Shown: positions 29,900 through 39,493, numbered from the stretch's first letter. The stretch is 64,000 nucleotides of DNA from an uncultured cyanobacterium (GCA_963706595.1 OY970166.1:2176001-2240000), one strand, 5' to 3'. Made by a program: numbers and translations. The notes: generated by a model not told the origin, from the letters alone.

Positions 29900-30207
29900 T
29901 TAAACATCTATGAGCAGATTTTCGGCATTATCTTCAGGTTCGTATCCTAACAGTTTTTGGGCATTGCTGATATCCCAATAGCGGCGCGTGTTGCCAGAAA
30001 CTCCATAAAAAATTTGAAAACCAAGATTGTCATGCTCTAGCGATCGCCTAACTATTTGTGCTAAATCTCTAGGGCTACACCAATTTGATAATATCCGATC
30101 ATTGGGAGCATAAACTTTCGGTTCGGTTTTAAACCAGCCAATCCGCAAACAGATCACCGTCATCCCATAGCGATCGCCAAAATATTGTCCTAAAGCTTCA
30201 CCTAAAA
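29900..30207 (-). pseudogene. C-terminal remnant of NAD-dependent epimerase/dehydratase (uronate dehydrogenase-like)
   Basis: GEALGQYFGDRYGMTVICLRIG...WCSPRDL...YGVSGN...LGYEPED; no Rossmann N-terminus, cut at the stop of the upstream GT2. Confidence 0.82.
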
Positions 30208-30903
30208 TTATTGGTTTAAAGCTCTGTGTTTTGCACGTTCTCGATCTAGCTTGGCTTTGATGATGTGCAGTCTTTGATTGGCATATTGACGTTCTGTAAT
30301 TCCACTATTGCTTTCATGTAGTCGGCGGTGATATACCACATCTGGAATTGTAATTTGTTGCAGTTGATGTTCTATTGCCCAAATATACCAACTTATATCA
30401 ATACCTGTGTTGAGATTGGTGTCAAAGTTGCCCACTCTCAAAAAAGCCGATCGCTTGATCAACATAGCACTAGATATATGCGCCGCAACTGGTTTTTCTG
30501 GACAGCGAATCCTGTTTCTGAAGTTTTCATCTAGTTCTGGGCTATAAAAATTTTGAGCATAGCCAAAGACTGCTTCTATATCTGGGTTAGTATCAAAAGC
30601 CGCCATTTGTTTTGCTAGTTTGTCCTGAACCCAAATATCATCAGAATCGAGAAAGGCGAGAAATTCACCATTAGCTACTGCAATTCCGGCATTTCTAGCA
30701 GCACTGATGCCGCCATTGGTTTGATAGTGATATTTCAGGGGGTAGCTTTGGGCAATTTCGCCACTGCGATCGCTCGATCCATCGTCAATTACAATCAACT
30801 CGATATTGGGATGGGTTTGCTCTAAAACACTTTCAATAGCTTCGGCTAAATAGCGCTCTCGATTATAGCAGGGAATAATAACACTAACTAAAGGTAAATT
30901 CAT
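30208..30903 (-). CDS. Glycosyltransferase family 2
   Basis: VIIPCYN, IDDGS, FLDSDD, RRLHESN. Confidence 0.93.
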   Translation of the reverse strand: MNLPLVSVIIPCYNRERYLAEAIESVLEQTHPNIELIVIDDGSSDRSGEIAQSYPLKYHYQTNGGISAARNAGIAVANGEFLAFLDSDDIWVQDKLAKQMAAFDTNPDIEAVFGYAQNFYSPELDENFRNRIRCPEKPVAAHISSAMLIKRSAFLRVGNFDTNLNTGIDISWYIWAIEHQLQQITIPDVVYHRRLHESNSGITERQYANQRLHIIKAKLDRERAKHRALNQ

Positions 30904-32324
30904 CAGATTGATTTATATACTTCACTATTACAAAAACTATCTAGAAAATAATTTGCTGATAGTTTATCACGAGTTTCGCAGGACTTGAGATATTCATGAG
31001 TTTCTAAAATGAGTGCCGTATCCAATGCTTTTGCTGCGGCTTCTTTTAGAGTATGGAAATACATCGGATAGTCTTCGCCTAGATATTCTTTCACCGCCGG
31101 AATCGGATTAACTAGCAGTGGTGTCGCACGGGCAATACATTCAATGATTGCATTATTTACACCAGAGTCATACAAATTCACAAAGGCGATATTCATCGAG
31201 AGCAGATCATCATAGGCATCGTCGGGAATATGTTCAATAACAGTTGTATTCTCAACATAAGCTGGATCAACTTGAATTTTATAAATCCTCCCTTCAATTT
31301 TCATTAGTTGATCTAATATTTTTTCTGCTGAGTCAAACAAAAAACCTAATCTGACTTTTTCGTAACCAAGACAGTTACCTTTAGCTAGAGGTAATTGATA
31401 AATCGAATGTAACTTCCGCAACCACCAGCCAATCTGCACCACTTTTTTCTGAGGATTGGCGAGAAATTGATTAAAATCAAATTGTTTTTCGGGAATCTCC
31501 GTGGGATGGATTAATACTGAAACTGGTTTGCCTGTTTCTTTCCTCAGCCAATCGCCATAATAGTGAGATAGTGCAAACAATCCCACGCAGTGAGGCAAAC
31601 TATCTTGCCAAATTTGCTTCTCAAATAGTTTTTGGGGCGATCTGTGATAATGGAACCAGATGGGCATCCTGTGGGGGTTGTGCATAAATCCCACCCAAGG
31701 GGTTTTATAAGGTACGATACCCTTTTCTTCTGAGTCCGCTAAACTCTGGAAAACTCCATCAGCCCGCATTTTTGCTAATATCCGGGGCGATCTCCTACCA
31801 AAGTGATGATGTTGAAAAAGAAATTGATTTTCTAGGAAGCCATCAAACAAAACACCTTGGGGATTGTGTAAAGAACTTAGTGCTTGAATTGCAAAATTCC
31901 AACCACTGCGATGAGGAGCAAAAACTCTTTGTTGTCCGAGATTAATTTTTCCTGTGGCTATACCTTGTAGTTTTTCAGTAGAAAAATAAAGATTTTCTGC
32001 TTTTTTATCTGGAATAATTTGTGTGGAATTACTAGGCTTTCGCCAGCCCAAACATTGATAATAAAAAGAAAGATCAGTGGCATCAAAGTCAATAGCTAAA
32101 GCTTGATCATAGTAATCCATCGCTTCTGCTGTCCGTCGTTGCTTGAGCATCAAATTGCCCAATTGTTGATACGCAGGCAAAAAGTCTGGTTGCAGTATTA
32201 AGGTTTCCTGATAGCGAGCGGAGGCATTTTCCAAGTCACCGCGCAATTGCCAAGCATTTCCTAATTTAAATTGGGTTAAAGCTGGGTTGTCTTGGTTATT
32301 GTTTTTGTTTATTTCCAGATTCAT
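30903..32324 (-). CDS. TPR protein with uncharacterised GT-B-like C-terminal domain
   Basis: N-terminal TPRs; NNAIIECIARATPLLVN...EYLG resembles the GT4 nucleotide-binding motif. ATG 32324 preferred. Confidence 0.7.
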   Translation of the reverse strand: MNLEINKNNNQDNPALTQFKLGNAWQLRGDLENASARYQETLILQPDFLPAYQQLGNLMLKQRRTAEAMDYYDQALAIDFDATDLSFYYQCLGWRKPSNSTQIIPDKKAENLYFSTEKLQGIATGKINLGQQRVFAPHRSGWNFAIQALSSLHNPQGVLFDGFLENQFLFQHHHFGRRSPRILAKMRADGVFQSLADSEEKGIVPYKTPWVGFMHNPHRMPIWFHYHRSPQKLFEKQIWQDSLPHCVGLFALSHYYGDWLRKETGKPVSVLIHPTEIPEKQFDFNQFLANPQKKVVQIGWWLRKLHSIYQLPLAKGNCLGYEKVRLGFLFDSAEKILDQLMKIEGRIYKIQVDPAYVENTTVIEHIPDDAYDDLLSMNIAFVNLYDSGVNNAIIECIARATPLLVNPIPAVKEYLGEDYPMYFHTLKEAAAKALDTALILETHEYLKSCETRDKLSANYFLDSFCNSEVYKSI

Positions 32325-33513
32325 AAAGTTTTGGCAATACGTATTCCCATAATACGCGGATGGGACGCACAAAGTAATACAGAAAAAATAATTGCTGAGG
32401 AAGTCTTAAAAATTGGCGATCGCGTTCATTCGGTACACATAATCTCCTGATCAGAAAATACAAATATAATAAACTCATTGAAATTATTTGATCAAGTCCC
32501 CAAGGATTTAATGAACTATCTAGTGTTTTTAATGGTGAGATATATACTAAATGCAGATTGCGGAAAGCCGATATTAGTCTACTTTCATATAATGCTTGGT
32601 GTAAAGTGCTATTTGTCTGAATCTCTAGAGAATTGAACAGTGCAATTTGTGTATCCAGGGATTTAATCTGAATAAATTTTGATCCAATATGATCTGGCAC
32701 AGAAATATTGAAGAGATTTTGAGTTATATAGATTCCCAGTAAAAATAGTTTCTGACACCGCAACTCTGAAGATAGTTGCAAAGTTAAGTGCCAATCTAAA
32801 TCAGGATATGCTTGGATCACTTGGGCAAGATCACAAATTTGTTTAAGCGAGCGCAACCATCCATAATCTTTAGCAATATTAACACTTTGAATAATTAACG
32901 CTATTTCTGGAATGAAACTTTTGATAGATTGACCCATCATTGTCATGGGCTGACAATATTCCCAAAGGCGATCGTAATGGTTCGGGTTCCAAGTCCGTCT
33001 CGGTGGAATACCCCAATGTAAGTCAATACTACGTTTTGGGTTGCTATGCAGCAATGATGGCTCAAATCTGGCGTTAAACATTTCTGCTTCCGGGGCTTTG
33101 TAAGACAGAGAGATTTGCCAATCTCTATCGACTTGATCAAATTCCACCTCTTCTGAGGAATTAGACTGATAGCCTTGACTAATTAAAACTGCCTTTGCTT
33201 GCCAAAAGTCCCGTCGCCGCACCAAAATATCAAGATCATTAAACTGGCGCAAAGACACATTACCATAAGCTGATGCTGCAAGTACTGCTCCCTTAAATGC
33301 GATCGCCTCAATTCCTGACTTTTCTAATTGCGTCAAAATCCTTAACAATTCTTTCGTTTGAGATAAGTTATTCAATCCATTCATGCGATTGAGCGTTTGC
33401 AGTTGCATCATTACCGAGGGCGGTACATCATCAATTTCCTTCAGACTTTGATACAGCAGAGGCATTACACCCTGAGCGATGCTAATTTCTATCAATAAAA
33501 CAGTTAAGATCAT
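32296..33513 (-). CDS. Nucleotidyltransferase family protein (NTP_transf_5-like), intact catalytic motifs, N-terminus frameshifted
   Basis: GVMPLLY, AFKGAVLA, LRQFNDLDILV, IDLHW. Family-like N-terminus (LSAEVIALLACL...DDLN) lies in another frame up to ~33619. Confidence 0.85.
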   Translation of the reverse strand: MILTVLLIEISIAQGVMPLLYQSLKEIDDVPPSVMMQLQTLNRMNGLNNLSQTKELLRILTQLEKSGIEAIAFKGAVLAASAYGNVSLRQFNDLDILVRRRDFWQAKAVLISQGYQSNSSEEVEFDQVDRDWQISLSYKAPEAEMFNARFEPSLLHSNPKRSIDLHWGIPPRRTWNPNHYDRLWEYCQPMTMMGQSIKSFIPEIALIIQSVNIAKDYGWLRSLKQICDLAQVIQAYPDLDWHLTLQLSSELRCQKLFLLGIYITQNLFNISVPDHIGSKFIQIKSLDTQIALFNSLEIQTNSTLHQALYESRLISAFRNLHLVYISPLKTLDSSLNPWGLDQIISMSLLYLYFLIRRLCVPNERDRQFLRLPQQLFFLYYFVRPIRVLWEYVLPKLYESGNKQKQ

Positions 33514-33608
33514 CTCTTAGTAAGTCCCTAACTGCGTTAACAGTTGTCGTGTGAAAATGGCACTTGAGACAAGCAAGTAAAGCGATTACTTCCGCAGATA
33601 AAGTATTT

Positions 33609-33825
33609 TTATAAGTTATTGATTAGTAGAAAGGTAATATCTGCAAAAATCTGTTGTTTATCGTTAATGCTGATACTTACAGCAATGCGATCCACAATTA
33701 ATTTGATGATGTAAAGTAATACCAGAGGTAATATACCCTGAATTCCATTTAAAATTACATTAGCAATTAGTCTAGTTTGGAGAACTTTGCCAAACTAGAC
33801 TAATTGCACGTTTGATGTTTGTCAT
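33609..33825 (-). pseudogene. N-terminal remnant of ABC exporter (permease/ATPase)
   Basis: MTNIKRAISLVWQSSPN* then +1 frame IANVILNGIQGILPLVLLYIIKLIVDRI; not in the ORF track. Confidence 0.75.
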
Positions 33826-33986
33826 TAAGCCATCCTGGAAAAACTAAGCCACTACAAGCAGCTAAATACTACATATAGAGTCTTAGCGGGAGATTTTGAA
33901 AATCTTTATAGTTTCCCTTGGATTTTTGCCCTTCTATTTAGTCTTTATACTTTTTTAACAAATACCTGTAGCGGGGCGAACTATTG

Positions 33987-34883
33987 TTACGAATTACGAC
34001 TTAATTGATATTGTTTCCACTTTTCCTGCTGACGTACTCTTTTTTCTTCAGTCAGGCTATCAAAACAGTGGGGACAAGAAATACCTTCTTCATATTTAGG
34101 GGAAGTCTTATCTGTCGCCGATATGGGATGTCCACAACAAAAGCATAATTCATGACTACCTGACTCTAAGCCATGACGCACTGCTACCCGTTCATCAAAT
34201 ACAAAACATTCACCTTCCCACAAACTTTCTTCTGTTGGCACTGATTCCAAATACTTGAGAATACCGCCTTTGAGGTGATAGACTTCGGCAAAGCCTTGAG
34301 ATATCATAAAAGATGAAGCTTTTTCACAACGAATCCCGCCAGTACAAAACAACGCGACTTTTTTGTGTTGCTTGGGGTCGAGGTTTTGACTCACATATTC
34401 TGGAAATTCTCGGAATGATTTAGTTTGAGGATTTTGGGCTTTTTTGAAAGTCCCAATATTCACTTCATAATCATTACGGGTGTCAATCACAACTACTTCA
34501 GGATCAGAAATTAAATCATTCCATTCCTGGGGTGTGACATAAGTACCCACCTGCTGATTCGGGTCAACTTCTGGCAAACCCATAGTCACAATTTCGGCTT
34601 TTAGCCGTACCTTCATCCGTTCAAAGGGCTGTGTTTCGGTGGATGATTCTTTGGCTTCTAAGTCTGCTAAACGGGGGTCAGCACGCAAAAATGTTAAAAC
34701 AGAGTCAACAGCTTGACGCGACCCGGCAATAGTCCCGTTAATACCCTCTGCGGCTAATAAAATTGTCCCCTTAACACCTTGTGATTGGCAGTAAGAAAGC
34801 AGAGGTTCTTGTTTTTCGGCAAAATCGGGCAGTCTGACAAATTTATAAAGTGCTGCCACCACCTGGATATTTTCTTGCTTCAT
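33987..34883 (-). CDS. trhO: Rhodanese-related tRNA U34 hydroxylase (TrhO/YceA)
   Basis: [32 protein letters not shown]. Confidence 0.92.
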   Translation of the reverse strand: MKQENIQVVAALYKFVRLPDFAEKQEPLLSYCQSQGVKGTILLAAEGINGTIAGSRQAVDSVLTFLRADPRLADLEAKESSTETQPFERMKVRLKAEIVTMGLPEVDPNQQVGTYVTPQEWNDLISDPEVVVIDTRNDYEVNIGTFKKAQNPQTKSFREFPEYVSQNLDPKQHKKVALFCTGGIRCEKASSFMISQGFAEVYHLKGGILKYLESVPTEESLWEGECFVFDERVAVRHGLESGSHELCFCCGHPISATDKTSPKYEEGISCPHCFDSLTEEKRVRQQEKWKQYQLSRNS

Positions 34884-34939
34884 TTCGTGAGCAATGATAT
34901 AATCTTTAACTAAAGTAGCAAATGCTTTGTCTATTTTAT

Positions 34940-35012
34940 GGGGGTTTAGCTCAGTTGGTAGAGCGCCTGCTTTGCAAGCAGGATGTCAGCAGTTCGAGTC
35001 TGCTAATCTCCA
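34940..35012 (+). tRNA. trnA: tRNA-Ala (anticodon UGC)
   Basis: GGGGGTTTAGCTCAGTTGGTAGAGC; anticodon arm CCTGC-TTTGCAA-GCAGG; TTCGA loop; G3:U70 pair; CCA not encoded. Confidence 0.97.
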
Positions 35013-35654
35013 CTATTCACCACGTTGAAAAACTACAGACAGATTATTAGCCGGCATTTGGTAAATTTCTTGAAAAATCAGATGCTGAGTGTTAGCTGCT
35101 TCTATGACATCCTCCAAATTACGCACACCCCATTCAGGATTTCGCTCCTTTAAAGATTGGTCAAAAGCCGCATTACTAGAAGCAGTATGTTCACCATTTT
35201 GTTTAAAAGGACCATATAAATAGAGTATTCCACCATTCGGCAAAATTCGACCAGCACCAGCCATCAGTCCCAAACAAGCTGACCAAGGTGAAATATGAAT
35301 CATATTAATATTAACTATAGCTACAATGGGTGAGTCAGGTAAATTACCTTTCTCCACTGCCCAAATTGGCGCACTAGCATCAAGTTCCAAAGGTAAATAA
35401 AGATTATCTGATGGACATTCTTCAGCCCAAGCCGTCACACTAGCGCGTAACAACGGATTTTGTTCAGTCGGTAGCCATCGGCGAGGGCTAAGACGGGGCG
35501 CAAAAAATACCGCGTGTTCACCCGTACCACTAGCCACTTCCAAAATAGTGCCACTTGTAGGTAACACTTGTAAAAGCACCTCTAAAATCGGTTCACGATT
35601 GCGTTCAGTTGCTGGCGCGTACTGTCGCGCATCATCCGGTATATTAATATCCAA
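35013..35654 (-). CDS. DUF938 family SAM-dependent methyltransferase
   Basis: APATERNREPI, LEVASGTGEH, INMIHISPW, MPANN. Confidence 0.92.
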   Translation of the reverse strand: MDINIPDDARQYAPATERNREPILEVLLQVLPTSGTILEVASGTGEHAVFFAPRLSPRRWLPTEQNPLLRASVTAWAEECPSDNLYLPLELDASAPIWAVEKGNLPDSPIVAIVNINMIHISPWSACLGLMAGAGRILPNGGILYLYGPFKQNGEHTASSNAAFDQSLKERNPEWGVRNLEDVIEAANTQHLIFQEIYQMPANNLSVVFQRGE

Positions 35655-35686
35655 ATTAAACTCTTATCCTTTGCGCCTCTGCGCCT

Positions 35687-37129
35687 TTGCGTGACAATAA
35701 TCCATATTCTCTGGAGAATCATTTGCCTAAATCAATCAACTCCACCCAACCACCACTCAAATTTATTCCCCAAAGCTTTAACCCATTTATAGTGCAAATT
35801 TTCCGGTGGTTATTGCCTATTGTGCTACGTTTTCGCACTAAACCGTGGCTACCTGCGGGGATTGTCCAAATTGAAGCTGAGAATGTTGAGATATTAGCGA
35901 AACTTTATCAACAATTCCAGGCTGGCAAAATTCGCTTTTTGATTGCCTTTCGGCATCCAGAGGTAGAAGATCCTCTGTGTATGCTACATCTAGTTTCCTA
36001 CATTTTGCCCAAGGTTTCACGCCAGCAGGGGATTAAACTGCAAGAACCTATTCACAGCTACTTTATTTACGATCGCGGGATGACTGTGTGGGCTGGGGAT
36101 TGGCTGGGGTGGTTATTCTCTAAGGTTGGCGGTGTTCCCATTCGTCGTGGTAGGCGAGTAGATAGACAGGCGATTCAAACCGCACGAGAGTTGTTTTGTA
36201 ATGGTGAAATGGCGATCGCGATCGCACCCGAAGGCGGTAATAATGGTCACAGTGAAATTGTTAGTCCCTTAGAACCCGGTGTAGCACAATTAAGTTTCTG
36301 GTGTGTAGAAGACTTGCAAAAAGCTCACCGTTCTGAGACTGTGGTAATTGTCCCCATTGGTATTCAGTATAGCTACGTCGAGCCGCCTTGGTCAAAACTA
36401 CATTGGCTATTAACTAAATTAGAAGCTGATAGCGGTTTGGAACCAATTGATCAATCTGCGACTCCAGAAATTTACTATCAACGCCTTTGTCGCCTGGGTG
36501 AATATTTGATTACCGAGATGGAAGAGTTTTATCGCCGTTTCCATCATCAAGACATCCCCAAAAGTATATCTATAGATGAATCTGCAAGTCCCAATGAGAT
36601 TCTCATTGCGAGATTGCATCGTTTAATGGATACAGCTTTACACGTTGCTGAAGCATATTTTGGCGTACAAGCCCAAGGAAATTTTATTGATCGTTGTCGT
36701 CGTTTAGAAGAAGCCGGTTGGAATTACATTTACCGGGATGATATAGCAGATATCAATGCTTTACCACCATTCAAACGCGGTTTAGCCGATTGGGTTGCGT
36801 CGGAAGCAGATTTGAAGATGCAACATATCAGAATAGTGGAAAGTTTTGTGGCTGTGACTGCTAATTATATCGAGGAAAAACCGACGGCGGAAAGGTTTGC
36901 AGAAACGGCGTTATTAATGTTTGATCTGCTGTCTCGCATCAAAGAATCTACTCTCCCCGGAAGACCTCGCTTAGGTTTGCGAAAGGCGCTGATTACTGTC
37001 GGTGAACCAATTTCTGTGACTGAACGCTGGGAAAAATCTCAAAGCGATCGCTCTGCAACTCGTCAAGCTGTAAGTGACTTGACAAAAGACTTACAAACTG
37101 CTATGGAAAATCTAATTCAGGATAATTAG
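35687..37129 (+). CDS. Glycerolipid acyltransferase (PlsC-like) family protein
   Basis: FRHPEVEDP (HX4D) and APEGG; exact start uncertain. Confidence 0.85.
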   Translation: MRDNNPYSLENHLPKSINSTQPPLKFIPQSFNPFIVQIFRWLLPIVLRFRTKPWLPAGIVQIEAENVEILAKLYQQFQAGKIRFLIAFRHPEVEDPLCMLHLVSYILPKVSRQQGIKLQEPIHSYFIYDRGMTVWAGDWLGWLFSKVGGVPIRRGRRVDRQAIQTARELFCNGEMAIAIAPEGGNNGHSEIVSPLEPGVAQLSFWCVEDLQKAHRSETVVIVPIGIQYSYVEPPWSKLHWLLTKLEADSGLEPIDQSATPEIYYQRLCRLGEYLITEMEEFYRRFHHQDIPKSISIDESASPNEILIARLHRLMDTALHVAEAYFGVQAQGNFIDRCRRLEEAGWNYIYRDDIADINALPPFKRGLADWVASEADLKMQHIRIVESFVAVTANYIEEKPTAERFAETALLMFDLLSRIKESTLPGRPRLGLRKALITVGEPISVTERWEKSQSDRSATRQAVSDLTKDLQTAMENLIQDN

Positions 37130-37168
37130 CACCAACCGGGTTTTTGGATAAAAACCCAGTTGTTTCAC

Positions 37169-37402
37169 CTAATCGTCTAAATCCATGTCTGAATCATCAT
37201 CGTCATGATCATAAGGAATATCATCAAGCTCAATCATCTCCGAGATTTCTTCTACTTGACTCAGACGCTGAGATTCTTGATGTTCACGCTCTATGAGGCG
37301 ACCATTTGATTTTAGCCATTCTAGTAAAACAAATTCATTACTAGTACGAATTACAGTGGCTCGTTGATTACGAGGTTCTTCACTCAAAGGGCCGTTAGGC
37401 AT
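37169..37402 (-). CDS. Small conserved cyanobacterial protein (DUF3134-like)
   Basis: PLSEEPRNQRATVI...LLEWLKSNGRLIER, acidic tail. Confidence 0.8.
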   Translation of the reverse strand: MPNGPLSEEPRNQRATVIRTSNEFVLLEWLKSNGRLIEREHQESQRLSQVEEISEMIELDDIPYDHDDDDSDMDLDD

Positions 37403-37837
37403 ATAAAAAACTCACTTTTAATGGAAAAAACTAGACTGGCTGGAATTAATAAACTACAATTAACCCTATAAAATGTGACAAAGTATAGTATCCATAACCT
37501 TTCCACAATTTGCTGAAGTACAGATTAATCGGCGTTCATCTGCGTTTATCTTCTTCTATCGGCGGTTAACTCTTTTTTGCATACAGCAATAGGAATAATT
37601 ATTATAACTCATAATCCTATCAGTATAAAACAACTTTACCAAAATCATGATATTTATCTTTTCGATAAAAAGTCTGATTTTATCTGATCCTCGGCGATTT
37701 ATAAGTTAATGTGGGCAATTAATCACAGGATGAGAGCCATGACTGCATTATGGAGAAAAATTGAGTGAAAATCACCGAATTTTTCACCGTAATTACATTT
37801 AAACTGGTGACAATTTGAATAAACAAGGTTAGTAATA

Positions 37838-39493
37838 ATGCCTGAACGTAAAGCGAATTTATTAATTCCTGCTGTTGGTGCGACTGTACTCGTGGCAGGA
37901 AGTATAGCTGCTTATATGTATTTTAAAGGACCATCTGGAGATAGCTCAGGGGCTTTAGGTAGTGCTAAATTAGTACCGTCTACAGCACTGATGGCGACTT
38001 ACATTAGTACTGACCCCCAAGCCTGGGCGGAATTGTCAGAGTTTGGCACTCCAGAAGCGCAAAAGCTACTAGCCAAAGGGTTAGAAGATTTTCAACAAGA
38101 TTTTTTTAAGGAAGGTAATATTTCCTACGAACAAGATTTAAAGCCCTGGGTTGGTGGTGTGATGGTGGCTGTACTCCCACCGAATCCGACTCAACTCGCA
38201 CAGACTAAGGCACAGCCAGAATCGAATATCTTGATGGTAGTAGGGATCAAAGATAAACTTAAGGCTTTAAGTTTTGCCAATAAATTAAAGTCAAAAGAAG
38301 GTGTAAAAGTTGAGGAATCTGATTACAAAGGTGAGAAAATTACAGCAGTTACAGAAAATGGTAGACTGACATATAGTGCTACTTTAAATAATAATCATTT
38401 AGTGTTAGCGCCGTCAAAGCAAGCTGTAGAAAAGGCTATTGAAACTTTCAAAGGACAGCCCTCTTTCGCCAGTGAAGCAGGTGCAAATAAGATGCTCACT
38501 GCTAACGCAGATGTGAAGAATATTCTGGCTCAAGTTTACATCCCAGACTATGGGGGAATGATGCAGCAATTGTTAGCTGCAAGTCCCCAGGCGACGCAAT
38601 TACCACCACAAACGTTAAAACAGTTACAACAAGTAAAATCTATGGTGGCGCGTGTGGGAGTTGATGCTCAGGGTGTGCGGATGAAGGCGATCGCTAATTT
38701 AGATCCACAATTGAATAAGTTCGAGTATCAAGCAAGTCCGGCAAAAATAGTCGGTCAATTACCTTTGGATACCTTTGCTTTGATGACTGGTAATGGGATC
38801 AGCCGCAGTTGGTCAGCTATAGTAGAACAGTCTCAAGATGATCCTGCATTTAACCAAGTCTTACAACAGGTGCGGGGACAATTAAAGTTTGTGAATATTG
38901 ACTTAGATAAAGACGTTTTTGGGTGGATGGATCGAGAATTTGCCTTTGGTGCTGTGCCATCGAATCAAGGTGTCTTGGCGAATTTTGGTTTTGGCGGTGC
39001 ATTAGTCTTAGAAACGAGCGATCGCCAAACTGCAACAGCAACTTTGAGTAAACTAGATAACCTCGCCAAAATTCAACAAATCAACGTCGCGAACAGAAAA
39101 ATCGACGGTAAAGATGTCACTGAATGGCAAATACCTGGACAAGGAGCTTTATTATCTCATGGTTGGCTAAATCAAGATACCGTGTTTTTGGCAGTTGGTG
39201 GTTCCGTAGCTGATGCGATCGCCACGAATAATTCTCCCAAACTTAATACTAGCAACACCTTCAAAGCTGTTACTGATTCACTGCAAAAACCCAACGCGGG
39301 ATACTTCTATATAGATGCAGAAAAAACTGCGTCTTTAGTTAATCGGTTCATGACACAAGGACAACCTCTGCCCACTGATGCTAACACAGTCCTGAGTGCC
39401 GTTCATGGTTTTGGTGTCACCGTCACGAGTCCCGATAAATCTACTGGTGAATTGGAGATGTTGTTGGCTTTGAAACCAAAAACTGCTAAGTAG
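37838..39493 (+). CDS. DUF3352-like membrane-anchored protein
   Basis: N-terminal TM helix; YEQDLKPWVG and DVFGWMDREFA motifs. Confidence 0.8.
   Translation: MPERKANLLIPAVGATVLVAGSIAAYMYFKGPSGDSSGALGSAKLVPSTALMATYISTDPQAWAELSEFGTPEAQKLLAKGLEDFQQDFFKEGNISYEQDLKPWVGGVMVAVLPPNPTQLAQTKAQPESNILMVVGIKDKLKALSFANKLKSKEGVKVEESDYKGEKITAVTENGRLTYSATLNNNHLVLAPSKQAVEKAIETFKGQPSFASEAGANKMLTANADVKNILAQVYIPDYGGMMQQLLAASPQATQLPPQTLKQLQQVKSMVARVGVDAQGVRMKAIANLDPQLNKFEYQASPAKIVGQLPLDTFALMTGNGISRSWSAIVEQSQDDPAFNQVLQQVRGQLKFVNIDLDKDVFGWMDREFAFGAVPSNQGVLANFGFGGALVLETSDRQTATATLSKLDNLAKIQQINVANRKIDGKDVTEWQIPGQGALLSHGWLNQDTVFLAVGGSVADAIATNNSPKLNTSNTFKAVTDSLQKPNAGYFYIDAEKTASLVNRFMTQGQPLPTDANTVLSAVHGFGVTVTSPDKSTGELEMLLALKPKTAK

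Larger units (their letters stand above)
28326..29965. repeat. 787-bp-period tandem duplication with three 66-bp direct repeats
   Basis: Repeats at 28326-28391, 29113-29178 and 29900-29965 separate two paralogous GT2 genes. Confidence 0.92.

Noticed and set aside
25217..33825. Complete lasso peptide gene cluster
   Set aside because: No lasso cyclase, transglutaminase-like protease or free-standing precursor is visible in the window.
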